This document shows, in pieces, positions 46,541 to 55,616 of a DNA stretch of 64,000 nt (within the stretch, counting starts at the first letter, position 1; each line of letters begins with the position of its first letter). The notes under the pieces were generated by a model. The model saw only the letters and a program-made list of their open reading frames with translations, searched no databases and was not told where the DNA came from. Where the stretch lies: NCBI GenBank assembly GCA_033286805.1, contig GCA_033286805.1_4727.1, one strand, 5' to 3'. The position numbers were made by a program, and so were the translations under genes. Source of the DNA: a phage.

Positions 46541-47067
46541 TTAACGACAGCTTCCTCCCTCGGAGTTTTCGAGGGAGGTATTTGCCGCTTGAACACTTTC
46601 AGCATGTTCGCAAAATCAGCAGCAATAATACAGGCCGAGGTTGACAGCTTATTGCTGAAAATGAGATCGTCCGGTAAACAATCGAACTGAATACCGTATT
46701 GCGTCTTTGTCTCATCAACGATCAATGATGGTGTCGATCTTGTCTTCGCGATGTCGGTGATATACAAACGTAAAAATAATTCACCGTCTTCGCTATCCAT
46801 AAAACGATAAGCGTTACCAGAAAATGCAGCATGTGGCGTAACGATAAATTGAACACGATCGTCGGTCGGATGGATATTTAACCAACGTTCGATATCACTG
46901 CTACTCACATTTTGCATATTTACTACGGTAAAAGCAAATAGCGTATCGTGATGTTTGGAATAATGCAGCACATACGCCGCATCTTTCTTTCCGTGAATCC
47001 CTTCAATGTATTCTATTGTCGTATAGCCGGATTTATATAGCTTTACTTGCGGTTTATCACTCATCAT
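46531..47067 (-). CDS. hypothetical protein (about 178 aa)
   Basis: Start moved to the ATGA stop-start junction at 47064-47067. Confidence 0.45.
   Translation of the reverse strand: MMSDKPQVKLYKSGYTTIEYIEGIHGKKDAAYVLHYSKHHDTLFAFTVVNMQNVSSSDIERWLNIHPTDDRVQFIVTPHAAFSGNAYRFMDSEDGELFLRLYITDIAKTRSTPSLIVDETKTQYGIQFDCLPDDLIFSNKLSTSACIIAADFANMLKVFKRQIPPSKTPREEAVVNQK
46554..46578 (+). terminator. hairpin terminator after plus gene 45698..46540
   Basis: Perfect 9-bp stem cctccctcg / cgagggagg, loop gagtttt, tail TATTTGCCG. Confidence 0.55.
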
Positions 47068-47363
47068 AACAACCCTTCCCGTTTCATCGCAGCACGCATA
47101 CTTGCGTAAAGCGCATTCCTCATTGCACCCGGACGCAACGGATAACAAATCTCATATCGACGTCCTTGTTTTACAGCAATTTTCCTTCCATTCAGAAACA
47201 ACGTGCCATTATCCAGCAACAACTCACCTTGTAGTACCATGAGTCCTGCTTTAACATGACGTCCTTCTTCTTTAGTTAAGACCTTATAGCCGTGTTTATC
47301 CAATAACCACAATTCGTAGATACCATGCGCAGCCTTCGGCATTACTTTCTTCTTCGTCGTCAT
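47064..47363 (-). CDS. hypothetical protein (99 aa)
   Basis: ORF. Confidence 0.45.
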   Translation of the reverse strand: MTTKKKVMPKAAHGIYELWLLDKHGYKVLTKEEGRHVKAGLMVLQGELLLDNGTLFLNGRKIAVKQGRRYEICYPLRPGAMRNALYASMRAAMKREGLL

Positions 47364-47375
47364 GGAAGATCCTCC

Positions 47376-47750
47376 TTAAACTCCTTGTCGGATCATCACC
47401 AACCGGAGCATGTTGTATTCCAATGTAGCGCTTTCTAATTCGAATTCATATCGATACCAGAAATTCGGCTCTAATTGACCTACAACACATTTACGAACAT
47501 CTGTCTGCACCTTCCTCGACAACACCTGTAACAGTTGTGTTATCTCCGGCTTGAAGTAATGCGCCAAACCTAACTGATCAGAATAAAACAGGCCACAATC
47601 AAAGATGGCCTGTAAAATAACATATTCAACCATCAGGTGACGCGCATCGGGGTCAGGGAATGGCGAACGTAAAGCGAGGTCTAACACATCGACAATTGGG
47701 CCGACATAAATGGCGGCACGGTACTCACGAATAACACTGATGTTATCCAT
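47376..47750 (-). CDS. hypothetical protein (124 aa)
   Basis: ORF. Confidence 0.5.
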   Translation of the reverse strand: MDNISVIREYRAAIYVGPIVDVLDLALRSPFPDPDARHLMVEYVILQAIFDCGLFYSDQLGLAHYFKPEITQLLQVLSRKVQTDVRKCVVGQLEPNFWYRYEFELESATLEYNMLRLVMIRQGV

Positions 47751-47763
47751 GATAACCTATTCG

Positions 47764-48588
47764 TTAACTGTCGCTTTCTGACGTATCGACGTAGTTGAAA
47801 ATACGATCCCGCAAACACTCATAACGAGGCAACGCACTAAGAATGATCATCTTCAACTGCATCGCGATCGATACACGTTCTTCATCCGACGCATCGTCTC
47901 CCCATTTACCTGGCTTAACCTGAATAGGTTCGTGCGGATCCTGCGGGAATATAAAACTTAACAACAGATAATCCGTACGGAACTCCCATACTTCTCGACC
48001 GTTGTTATCGGTTTCTTTACGCAACGTGAAGAGTTGGCGTTCGGTGGTTGGATCCAGCATCAGCGGTCGGCCACGAACAATCTCCAGTTTACGTGGGCTG
48101 ACGAACGTCGTACGTTCAGGAAGGTATTTTTCAACATCATCCGTATCCAACAAGAACAAAATGATGTCGTCGAAATACTTCGGTGCGTACGTGTGTATCG
48201 GTTCGCCGTCGCTATACGAAGAGATCTCTTGAAGTATTGGTGTCTTACACGAAAAGTTCTGGCACGAACCACGGGTGATCGGTAAGGTGGTCCATTGATG
48301 TTCTGTAGACAATTCAACAGGCACCAACGGATAATCATCGATGAAGACCACGCACGTTGTGCTAATGGGTATTCTTCCATCATTACCTGGTTCAAAAACC
48401 AAACGTATCTTACCAGTAATCAGCGCCATCTCATCTGGCATTAAATGGCTTGCTGAACGAGCAAGTCTGAAACCGGCCGCCTGTTTATAAGGTTCGGGTT
48501 TATAGCCACGGACAATAAGAGAGACATCCGCAAGTTCAACGCTCACGAACGCATCTTTGGTGTCTTCATTGTTCGTCGTTAACGTCAT
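47764..48588 (-). CDS. hypothetical protein (274 aa)
   Basis: ORF; 23-nt overlap with upstream gene. Confidence 0.55.
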   Translation of the reverse strand: MTLTTNNEDTKDAFVSVELADVSLIVRGYKPEPYKQAAGFRLARSASHLMPDEMALITGKIRLVFEPGNDGRIPISTTCVVFIDDYPLVPVELSTEHQWTTLPITRGSCQNFSCKTPILQEISSYSDGEPIHTYAPKYFDDIILFLLDTDDVEKYLPERTTFVSPRKLEIVRGRPLMLDPTTERQLFTLRKETDNNGREVWEFRTDYLLLSFIFPQDPHEPIQVKPGKWGDDASDEERVSIAMQLKMIILSALPRYECLRDRIFNYVDTSESDS

Positions 48589-49603
48589 TGCTCATTTTCT
48601 CCACTGCAACAAATCGTTCAAGCTCGCGTAATAAACGCTCTTTTAACGCAGGATCAACTTCCGGAGCATGTTTATCACGATACCATTCGGTCCCGTTGTA
48701 TTGCAGGCTAACATGCCATGTTCCTAACGGGCTTTCCTCTGCAGCGGCGATGAAATTCTTAACGCCGGTTTTGGTAGGATACTCCATGATAGGAACAGCC
48801 TGCTTCAGATCCATTACGGTAAGATCCTGGAAGTTGTAGTCCAGGAGCGTTAATGCACGTTTGTCGCGTAGCAGTAACCCGCAATCCAAGATGGTGAAAT
48901 CAATACCCCAGAAACGTAACTTACCTCCAACCCCAACAGGAGTGTGACCACGATAAACCGCGAGATAAATCTCACCTTTATCGGTTTCTTTGTTGTATCC
49001 AGCAATGAAAGCGGCTGTGATTAATGGTTGGTGTCCTTTCGCTAAGAAGACAGGGTGGTTATGATACAACCAGTCACTACGAATCAGATCGGTAACCTGA
49101 CCTAAACGTGCTGTTGGTACCATCACCGATCCCAGAGTTTCATCAACAGGAACCTGGTAATATTCAAACAGAACACCATCGATTTCTTCGGTAGCGTAAG
49201 GGGTACGTGCTGGATCGTTAAGGAGTTTACGGAGTTTTGTGTCGATTTCGTTAACACGGCTACCCTGTTCTTTCTCGCGACTACCGATCACAAAAGCAAC
49301 AAGATTGCGTACGCTAACAAAAACATCATCTTTCTCGGTGTCGCTGAGATCAGCTTCATCAGGCATTGTTGTCCAATGTAACGGGCCTTCAACAACCTTA
49401 AGCCATCTATCTTCACGTCCCGGATAAACAAAAGGCTTATGCACAGGAACACTGGTATGCTGAACCCGTAATAACAGGCTACATAACGGTGGTAATGTTT
49501 TCTCTAGAGGAGGAACAATACCTGATGTAACAGCGATGACGTGACGGTTAAGAACAAGAGAAGCTGAATAGGTGATGTTATCTAATCCTGGTAATTGATC
49601 CAT
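48566..49603 (-). CDS. hypothetical protein (345 aa)
   Basis: ATG with AAGGA SD at the end of a 308-bp AT-rich gap. Confidence 0.55.
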   Translation of the reverse strand: MDQLPGLDNITYSASLVLNRHVIAVTSGIVPPLEKTLPPLCSLLLRVQHTSVPVHKPFVYPGREDRWLKVVEGPLHWTTMPDEADLSDTEKDDVFVSVRNLVAFVIGSREKEQGSRVNEIDTKLRKLLNDPARTPYATEEIDGVLFEYYQVPVDETLGSVMVPTARLGQVTDLIRSDWLYHNHPVFLAKGHQPLITAAFIAGYNKETDKGEIYLAVYRGHTPVGVGGKLRFWGIDFTILDCGLLLRDKRALTLLDYNFQDLTVMDLKQAVPIMEYPTKTGVKNFIAAAEESPLGTWHVSLQYNGTEWYRDKHAPEVDPALKERLLRELERFVAVEKMSNDVNDEQ

Positions 49604-49763
49604 GATAGGAATCCTTAGTATGTTTGATATGTTGTTTAATTGACATATTAAGTTTAAAAGAGGTTATGTTTTACGTATGGTTAATAAAGTATTCTTATCT
49701 CTATTAAGTTATATTCTATCTAAAGATAGTAAACAGATATAATGCTCCCCACCTCCCCATTCT

Positions 49764-49780
49764 CCCAAGTAATACTGGCC
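49764..49780 (-). promoter_or_regulatory. degenerate variant of the early-promoter-like motif
   Basis: cccaagtaatactggcc (11 of 14 core positions match) inside the AT-rich gap. Confidence 0.2.
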
Positions 49781-49858
49781 TACCGGCCCTCTCCTTTTTA
49801 AGGGAGAGAGTAAGCATTCAGTATTGCTCAAATGAATAAGCAAAACAGTATAAACTTA

Positions 49859-49882
49859 CCGTCTCGAGTCGTCTCGAGACGG
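49859..49882. terminator. perfect 10-bp hairpin after gene 49912..50265
   Basis: ccgtctcgag-tcgt-ctcgagacgg, T-rich flanks on both strands. Confidence 0.55.
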
Positions 49883-49911
49883 CGTAGTAGTATCTGTTTA
49901 TCTCTTTTATG

Positions 49912-50265
49912 CTAACAGCCTATTTCTGCATGAACCTTTAACGATTCGAATACATCTTCCTTCTTTGTCATCGTCTTGTATAAACGTGATTGAGCAATGA
50001 TCTTTATCCATTGTTGTGGATCGCGTAAATTCACATTTTCAAAACGGGGTGGGGTATTATCTCCGTCGAGTCGGATATACCCTAAGAGCAATCCTTCATG
50101 GTCTCCTCGACGGATTTCGATATGCGGTTTGAGGAAGACACGATTGTCTGGTGGATACCAGCTTACGGTGTAGTAATGGTTTCCTGAAACAACGAATTCG
50201 TGAACGGTTTTTGTCTCATCGTCAATGACCGCATTTACGCTGGGAATCATTAATTTTTGAAGCAT
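49912..50265 (-). CDS. hypothetical protein (117 aa)
   Basis: ORF followed by perfect 10-bp hairpin terminator. Confidence 0.5.
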   Translation of the reverse strand: MLQKLMIPSVNAVIDDETKTVHEFVVSGNHYYTVSWYPPDNRVFLKPHIEIRRGDHEGLLLGYIRLDGDNTPPRFENVNLRDPQQWIKIIAQSRLYKTMTKKEDVFESLKVHAEIGC

Positions 50266-50849
50266 GGGACATAAACCTCCATCAACATCGCATAAAGCGC
50301 ACCAAGCCCATGCAGGACTTGGTTAGGTGCAAAGGTCGGAGTGTAACATACTTGTTCGGTTGGTGCTTGTTGACGTAAGTCTAACGGATCTCCGTTGATA
50401 AGCATCTGCAGGAGATCAGCATCATCTTGCAATGTGTCTTCATCGATATACGCATCAACACAAAGCAGTCGGTGTAACTGTTCGGGTTTAATTGAAATAC
50501 CTACAACCATGCAGTTGTTGTAGGTGGCGTTGTCCAGAAAGAAGTGGATGACGCCCGCTTGAGGATCGCCACCGTAGTGAAGCCAACGCGTAAAACCAGC
50601 CGACATCATCCATAGCGGGTTGTGTTGTAACGCACTGACGACACGGGTCTCGAAATCCAAACCAAACTTCTGGAAGATTGCACCCATCTGGAAACGATCT
50701 TCATCGAGACGGTAGCGGAATATACAGGCATCCGATCCCGTTGAGTTATCGTACACCGAAAGATACCCACGATGGATTTCCACAGTAACATTGTTGTCGT
50801 CAAGCGTAGCGCTCGCAACGCCGTTAGAAAAGGTTGGAACAAAGCTCAT
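50250..50849 (-). CDS. hypothetical protein (199 aa)
   Basis: ORF; 4-nt overlap with upstream gene. Confidence 0.55.
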   Translation of the reverse strand: MSFVPTFSNGVASATLDDNNVTVEIHRGYLSVYDNSTGSDACIFRYRLDEDRFQMGAIFQKFGLDFETRVVSALQHNPLWMMSAGFTRWLHYGGDPQAGVIHFFLDNATYNNCMVVGISIKPEQLHRLLCVDAYIDEDTLQDDADLLQMLINGDPLDLRQQAPTEQVCYTPTFAPNQVLHGLGALYAMLMEVYVPCFKN

Positions 50850-51397
50850 CTTGTAATCCTTAATTTACCTGAATGAATTATCGTTGACGGGTCCACGACG
50901 CGACCGTATTTCGCGTTACGTAATACACGATGCCCAAAGAAGTCAGCGGTTTCCAAAACAACCGTATAACAACCCAGCTGATGTTGATGTCCCCAAAACC
51001 GTTCAATGGGAATCCAGCAGGGCGACATGCCTTTGTGTCGCCAATCCGTAACACAACCGAATTCAGCAAACTGTTCAGTAAACCACTCGTCAATATCGGT
51101 ATCCGTAAAGAGAAACACGTGGTTTTTAACCAGATAAGCGAACCCAGGATAAAAAAGCTGAGGGTCATCCGGGTCACGGAGATAAACACGAAGTTTGTCT
51201 AGCGTACCCTCGACAACGATTGTATCGGGTAATCCTGGCGGCGTGAACCGAAGTTGGAAGTTATCCTCGTTTGCCGAGGCGTTAACCAAATACCCCAGTT
51301 GAAGGGGTCGATGCAGTTCGAAAAGGTTAAACGTTAATGCATATTCGATATACTCTAATCCTATATTCATGTCTGGCCTATGTGGTATGGACGGCAT
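50846..51397 (-). CDS. hypothetical protein (183 aa)
   Basis: ORF. Confidence 0.55.
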   Translation of the reverse strand: MPSIPHRPDMNIGLEYIEYALTFNLFELHRPLQLGYLVNASANEDNFQLRFTPPGLPDTIVVEGTLDKLRVYLRDPDDPQLFYPGFAYLVKNHVFLFTDTDIDEWFTEQFAEFGCVTDWRHKGMSPCWIPIERFWGHQHQLGCYTVVLETADFFGHRVLRNAKYGRVVDPSTIIHSGKLRITR

Positions 51398-51508
51398 TGC
51401 ATTGCCTTCCGCGAGTGTAATCAGGAAGGTAATGTAGGTTTATTTTAATCTCCATTTCGCGATGATATGACAGTCTTTATTACGTTTACCATCTGAGGGA
51501 GCATGCTC

Positions 51509-52747
51509 ATGTCTTCTATTTTACAGGTGTTTAATGCGCATGCGGAAGGCATTGACATCGACGAGTATTTTGTTAATCAGGTTATCCGTTACGCGACACG
51601 CTTCCGTACGCAAGACCAAGAACACATGCGTTTTTTCGGTGGGGTTCTGTTAGGTGTACAGAAAATCCGATTCACAACAAGACATAACGATACATGGTTT
51701 TCCGACGTCTTGATGATGGATGAAGAAAGCTTACGGCGCGATTTGAGTAAACTGCCCTTCTACAATACGCAGACCAACCGTGTTGCCTCAAACGCCTTTA
51801 ACCTAAGTTGCTGTTGGTTGCTTTATGCGATCTTCCACAGCAAACAAATCAAAAAAGAAAAGGTTCGTGAAGCCGGGATGCTTGCAGCAATGCAAGTCCT
51901 CCATTATAAATTCATTTGTGGTCTGGTAGCACGACGTTATCCTTATAACGCCGATCCGGCTATCGCCATTAAGGCGTACGATGAGTTAACACTCAAATCA
52001 GGCATCAAGCGCATGAATAGCTGGAATGAGTACATCGACGAACGCTGTAACGCCATCATCGCGCGTAATAGTACACATTTCAGTCGTTGGTCAACCCTGG
52101 AACCTGATAGCGTCGCCGAACGTTTTGTGCGTGATGTGAATACCGGAATCCGTAAGGTTATCAACCGTATCACCGATACGTACTACGCGATGTACGAAGA
52201 AGGTAAGAAGATAGGCACGTCTTCTCAAACTGTAGAATTAGACGATGGTCTCGCTGTCCGCGATATTAAACGCAACGAAACCACTTATCGTCAATATCTG
52301 TTCGAAATCGCTTATGACCGAACGAGTTTCGTTAAACGTGAACTCATGATCGTCATCCTCGACGTGCATCATACTACCAATCTTTTATCCCTTGAGCGAG
52401 CGTTAAGCTATATCAGCGCTAACGTAGAACGACCGACAAGAGACGGAAAACAGGTCTCTCAGATGTTGCGGCTTGTAATGGAGCATGCTATCGAGTATAT
52501 CATCTTGAATAAGGTCGATATGCGCGATCTTACGTTCTTATTCTACATGCGTAACGTGTACACGTCTAACCGCACTAGCAACCCGAAACTGTTAGAACTG
52601 CGTAAAATTGGCTCTGAAGTCATTAAGAAAGCAACCAATGCGAGAAACGACGCTGAAGCTGCAGCGACACGTACTGGTGTCTTTCTGTATATCCTACTTC
52701 GTGTGTTTAGCCGTAACTATTACGTTCGACGTGCGATGTCACGTTAA
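51509..52747 (+). CDS. hypothetical protein (about 412 aa), lone plus-strand gene
   Basis: GAGGGA SD 8 nt before second in-frame ATG at 51509; followed by 11-bp hairpin 52900..52928. Confidence 0.55.
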   Translation: MSSILQVFNAHAEGIDIDEYFVNQVIRYATRFRTQDQEHMRFFGGVLLGVQKIRFTTRHNDTWFSDVLMMDEESLRRDLSKLPFYNTQTNRVASNAFNLSCCWLLYAIFHSKQIKKEKVREAGMLAAMQVLHYKFICGLVARRYPYNADPAIAIKAYDELTLKSGIKRMNSWNEYIDERCNAIIARNSTHFSRWSTLEPDSVAERFVRDVNTGIRKVINRITDTYYAMYEEGKKIGTSSQTVELDDGLAVRDIKRNETTYRQYLFEIAYDRTSFVKRELMIVILDVHHTTNLLSLERALSYISANVERPTRDGKQVSQMLRLVMEHAIEYIILNKVDMRDLTFLFYMRNVYTSNRTSNPKLLELRKIGSEVIKKATNARNDAEAAATRTGVFLYILLRVFSRNYYVRRAMSR

Positions 52748-52899
52748 CAATGTAACGGTAAAACTTTACTGACGTTGGTTATTATTTGAAGCATAGGGCT
52801 TCACCCAGGAGTACCATCCCTTTAAGTCGTTTGTCCTCTCCTGGTTAACTGTCGTTCTCTCACAGTGCTCGACAGACCAAAAATGCTCAGGCCTCATAG

Positions 52900-52928
52900 C
52901 CTCCTCTGGGAATGGAACCCAGAGGAGG
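52900..52928. terminator. hairpin between convergent genes
   Basis: Perfect 11-bp stem cctcctctggg / cccagaggagg with 7-nt loop. Confidence 0.5.
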
Positions 52929-52940
52929 ACTATGTTTGCC

Positions 52941-53249
52941 TTAAAATTCAATGCGACCTTTTGTCGTAAACAATACGCCTCTTTGCCAACAGAAAAGATC
53001 CTCCGATTGAGCGCAAACACGAATACCTGCATCGAATAGATGTTTTGTTCTGGCGCTTAAACAATCTGGATCTTCTATATACAACAGAAGACGCTGGCAT
53101 TTATTTTGAATGCGTTCGACAAGGATGTTCTTATCGCTTAAAATAAAATGCGCGTTATCTGTTAAGTTATCGTCGGTTTCCAGCTGCCCGACAAGTTTGA
53201 TTAAAATACGTAATTGCTCAAGTGTGTCATGATCAAGTGAATCACCCAT
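52941..53249 (-). CDS. hypothetical protein (about 102 aa)
   Basis: Track start is TTG at 53261; ATG 53249 has GAGGT SD. Confidence 0.4.
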   Translation of the reverse strand: MGDSLDHDTLEQLRILIKLVGQLETDDNLTDNAHFILSDKNILVERIQNKCQRLLLYIEDPDCLSARTKHLFDAGIRVCAQSEDLFCWQRGVLFTTKGRIEF

Positions 53250-53296
53250 GGCGTACCTCAACGTTATACGTCGTTTGTATTATAATACGCTATCGT

Positions 53297-53320
53297 CTCC
53301 CCGCCTGTATTAACGGGGAG
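53297..53320 (-). terminator. hairpin after the terminase gene
   Basis: ctccccg / cggggag stem, 10-nt loop. Confidence 0.4.
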
Positions 53321-53334
53321 TCTGCAAACTACTC

Positions 53335-55566
53335 TTAGAAAAAACCGCCCGGACGGTATTGACCCATCGTCATCCACGCATTACGAGAAATATTCCGTTC
53401 ATTCGAAGAGCGGCTTATTTGACGATAAGTATTCGCTCGTTCCTCCCTTGCTTTCGTGATCATCGCATCAATAGAAACAGCCGCTGAATCTTCCCCACGT
53501 ATTTTTCCTTTATACGTAAGAAGCTCTGCCTCCAATCGATCCAAGATAAGACCGTTGGTTTCGGTCTTAAGCAACTCATAGATTTCAGCAACGCGTTGAC
53601 GCAGCTTCGCCTGCTGTTGGTTAAGATACGCTTCATACGGATCGATTTCACCCGTCACAGATGCCGGTAAACGACTCATGACTTTAAGTGGATCGATACC
53701 GTAATGAATCTGTTTCTTAGCACGCTTGATGAACCACATCGCTAACATCCAGGCGAACGTCATGTCATCGTGCATTCCATCCTGGTGGTCGACACGCCCA
53801 TCTTTGATAACCAATCCAAGGATCTCGGAACACAACATCTTATCACGTAATTGCCCACGGGTTTCTACAATACCTTCCATCAAGATGTCGGAATACAACT
53901 CCATACGTTTGCGCGCATCCGTTGTGAAGCCCAGGTGCCGTTTACGTTGAGCGTACCAACTTTCATCACGCATACTCAATGGTAATTTCAGGTCTTCGAA
54001 CATCGCTGGGTTATCAGCATGTCTGTCCACAATAGTGTTGTACACGCGTTTGAACACGTCGATGCCCGCTTGTCTCAGGAACTCTTCAATTGCGTCTAAC
54101 AGCATGATTGCACTGCTTTTACGTTCAGGAATCAACGTAACGTTCTTAAAACGCATCATGAAGTTGGCCATCCAACGAGCAAAAGAAAGCAGGCTCAGTT
54201 TATTAAAACGTCCTGTCGCAACAACTTCTGCTGTTTCCACATCCACCATCACCAAACCGATCGCGTCACGACCGATCGCGTCACTGGTGTCTAAACCAGC
54301 AACCACCTTATTGTTCTGCATGTATGTCTCGATTTGACCTCGAGGTATATACCAGTTAATGCAGTAGCCTTCAGGTGAGATCTCGATATGGTCGATTTCA
54401 CGTTGTCCTGCCATGATCATTTCAACCATCTCAGCGGTTAACGGGCTTTCTGCTGAACCGTTGGTCCAGATGTTCATGTAGTCACGGTCTTTCTGAAGTT
54501 TATCACCTTCCGTTTCGTTCATGGTTTTTGCTAACCATTCGTCACTGAATCCCAATTGGGCATGGTTCCATTGTGCCCCGATCCTGACGGTCGCTTTGCT
54601 GAGCTCGCACGGTACGTTGTTCAATACCGTCTGATGCAGATGCTTTTCGTTACGGCAGTCAAAGAAACTTTCAGAGAACGGCGCGGAACGCATGAAAACT
54701 TCATAAGCCCATTTGCCTTCGCGTTTATCCAACTCACCTGCCGTTGTCGTATAGATGATACTTGTCAGGTCGCCGTTGCTTAATGCTTCATCGCGTGCCG
54801 CACCCATCGCACCGATACCAGCAGGAACAATAATTTCGATATACTTCGTAAATGCGGTTTCGTCGCTATGGAATATCGGGGTTGTTAGGCCACGACCGAT
54901 GTTCGTTGCTTGTTTCTTATCCGAACGTGGAATCTTTACCGATAACTTGTTCTTGAAACGTGTGTAGGTTACGTTCTCTTTGTTCGATGAATCGCGACTA
55001 TCCAGCGTCCAGAGATATGCAGGCAACAGATCGCGTATACTACGCACGTCTTCTACCGTTTTCGTACGGGCGTCACCGTCTTTTGTTAACTGAATAACCT
55101 CGGTGTTTCGACTACGAACGTAGGTTAGATAACAGAACAATCCTAACATGGTCATGGATTTACCCGTCTGACGTATCTGTATCTGATACCAGTTCGTTCG
55201 GGTAAATATCCCCCAGAGCATCGGAATGTTACCGCGGTTAGCACGGAATGAGATTTTGTTATCACCCGCTTTAGCCGGAACGCGCATCACTTCACGGAAG
55301 AAGTACCATGGATTAAGATAGCATTCCGCACTGATCATCTGAATCTGTTCTGACGTCAAATTCGGTGCGTGGGGATCAACACCAATCAATCTTGGGTTTA
55401 ATAACGCCATGAAAAACGCAGAGTTCCGGACACCGAATTCACGACGATATAAGATCGCTAAATCACGCCAACTTGTGTTTGTTGTTTCCCAGTGTGGAAC
55501 AGCCTGAGGAAAATAATCCCAATCTTCCTCAAACAGGATGATTTTCTTCGGATCGACAATCGACAT
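53335..55566 (-). CDS. terL: terminase large subunit (743 aa)
   Basis: Terminase-type P-loop IRQTGKS (T4 gp17 has SRQLGKT); C-terminal nuclease-like acidic motifs GLDTSDAIG and HDDMTFAWMLAMW; strong GGAGGAG SD. Confidence 0.65.
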   Translation of the reverse strand: MSIVDPKKIILFEEDWDYFPQAVPHWETTNTSWRDLAILYRREFGVRNSAFFMALLNPRLIGVDPHAPNLTSEQIQMISAECYLNPWYFFREVMRVPAKAGDNKISFRANRGNIPMLWGIFTRTNWYQIQIRQTGKSMTMLGLFCYLTYVRSRNTEVIQLTKDGDARTKTVEDVRSIRDLLPAYLWTLDSRDSSNKENVTYTRFKNKLSVKIPRSDKKQATNIGRGLTTPIFHSDETAFTKYIEIIVPAGIGAMGAARDEALSNGDLTSIIYTTTAGELDKREGKWAYEVFMRSAPFSESFFDCRNEKHLHQTVLNNVPCELSKATVRIGAQWNHAQLGFSDEWLAKTMNETEGDKLQKDRDYMNIWTNGSAESPLTAEMVEMIMAGQREIDHIEISPEGYCINWYIPRGQIETYMQNNKVVAGLDTSDAIGRDAIGLVMVDVETAEVVATGRFNKLSLLSFARWMANFMMRFKNVTLIPERKSSAIMLLDAIEEFLRQAGIDVFKRVYNTIVDRHADNPAMFEDLKLPLSMRDESWYAQRKRHLGFTTDARKRMELYSDILMEGIVETRGQLRDKMLCSEILGLVIKDGRVDHQDGMHDDMTFAWMLAMWFIKRAKKQIHYGIDPLKVMSRLPASVTGEIDPYEAYLNQQQAKLRQRVAEIYELLKTETNGLILDRLEAELLTYKGKIRGEDSAAVSIDAMITKAREERANTYRQISRSSNERNISRNAWMTMGQYRPGGFF

Positions 55567-55577
55567 ATAAACTCCTC

Positions 55578-55606
55578 CGATGGAGGGTGCCGGGCACCCT
55601 CCATCG
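55578..55606 (-). promoter_or_regulatory. 29-bp perfect palindrome in the leader of the terminase gene
   Basis: cgatggagggtgcc-g-ggcaccctccatcg (14-bp arms); 3' arm is 12 nt upstream of the terminase SD. Confidence 0.4.
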
Positions 55607-55616
55607 TTGTATTACC

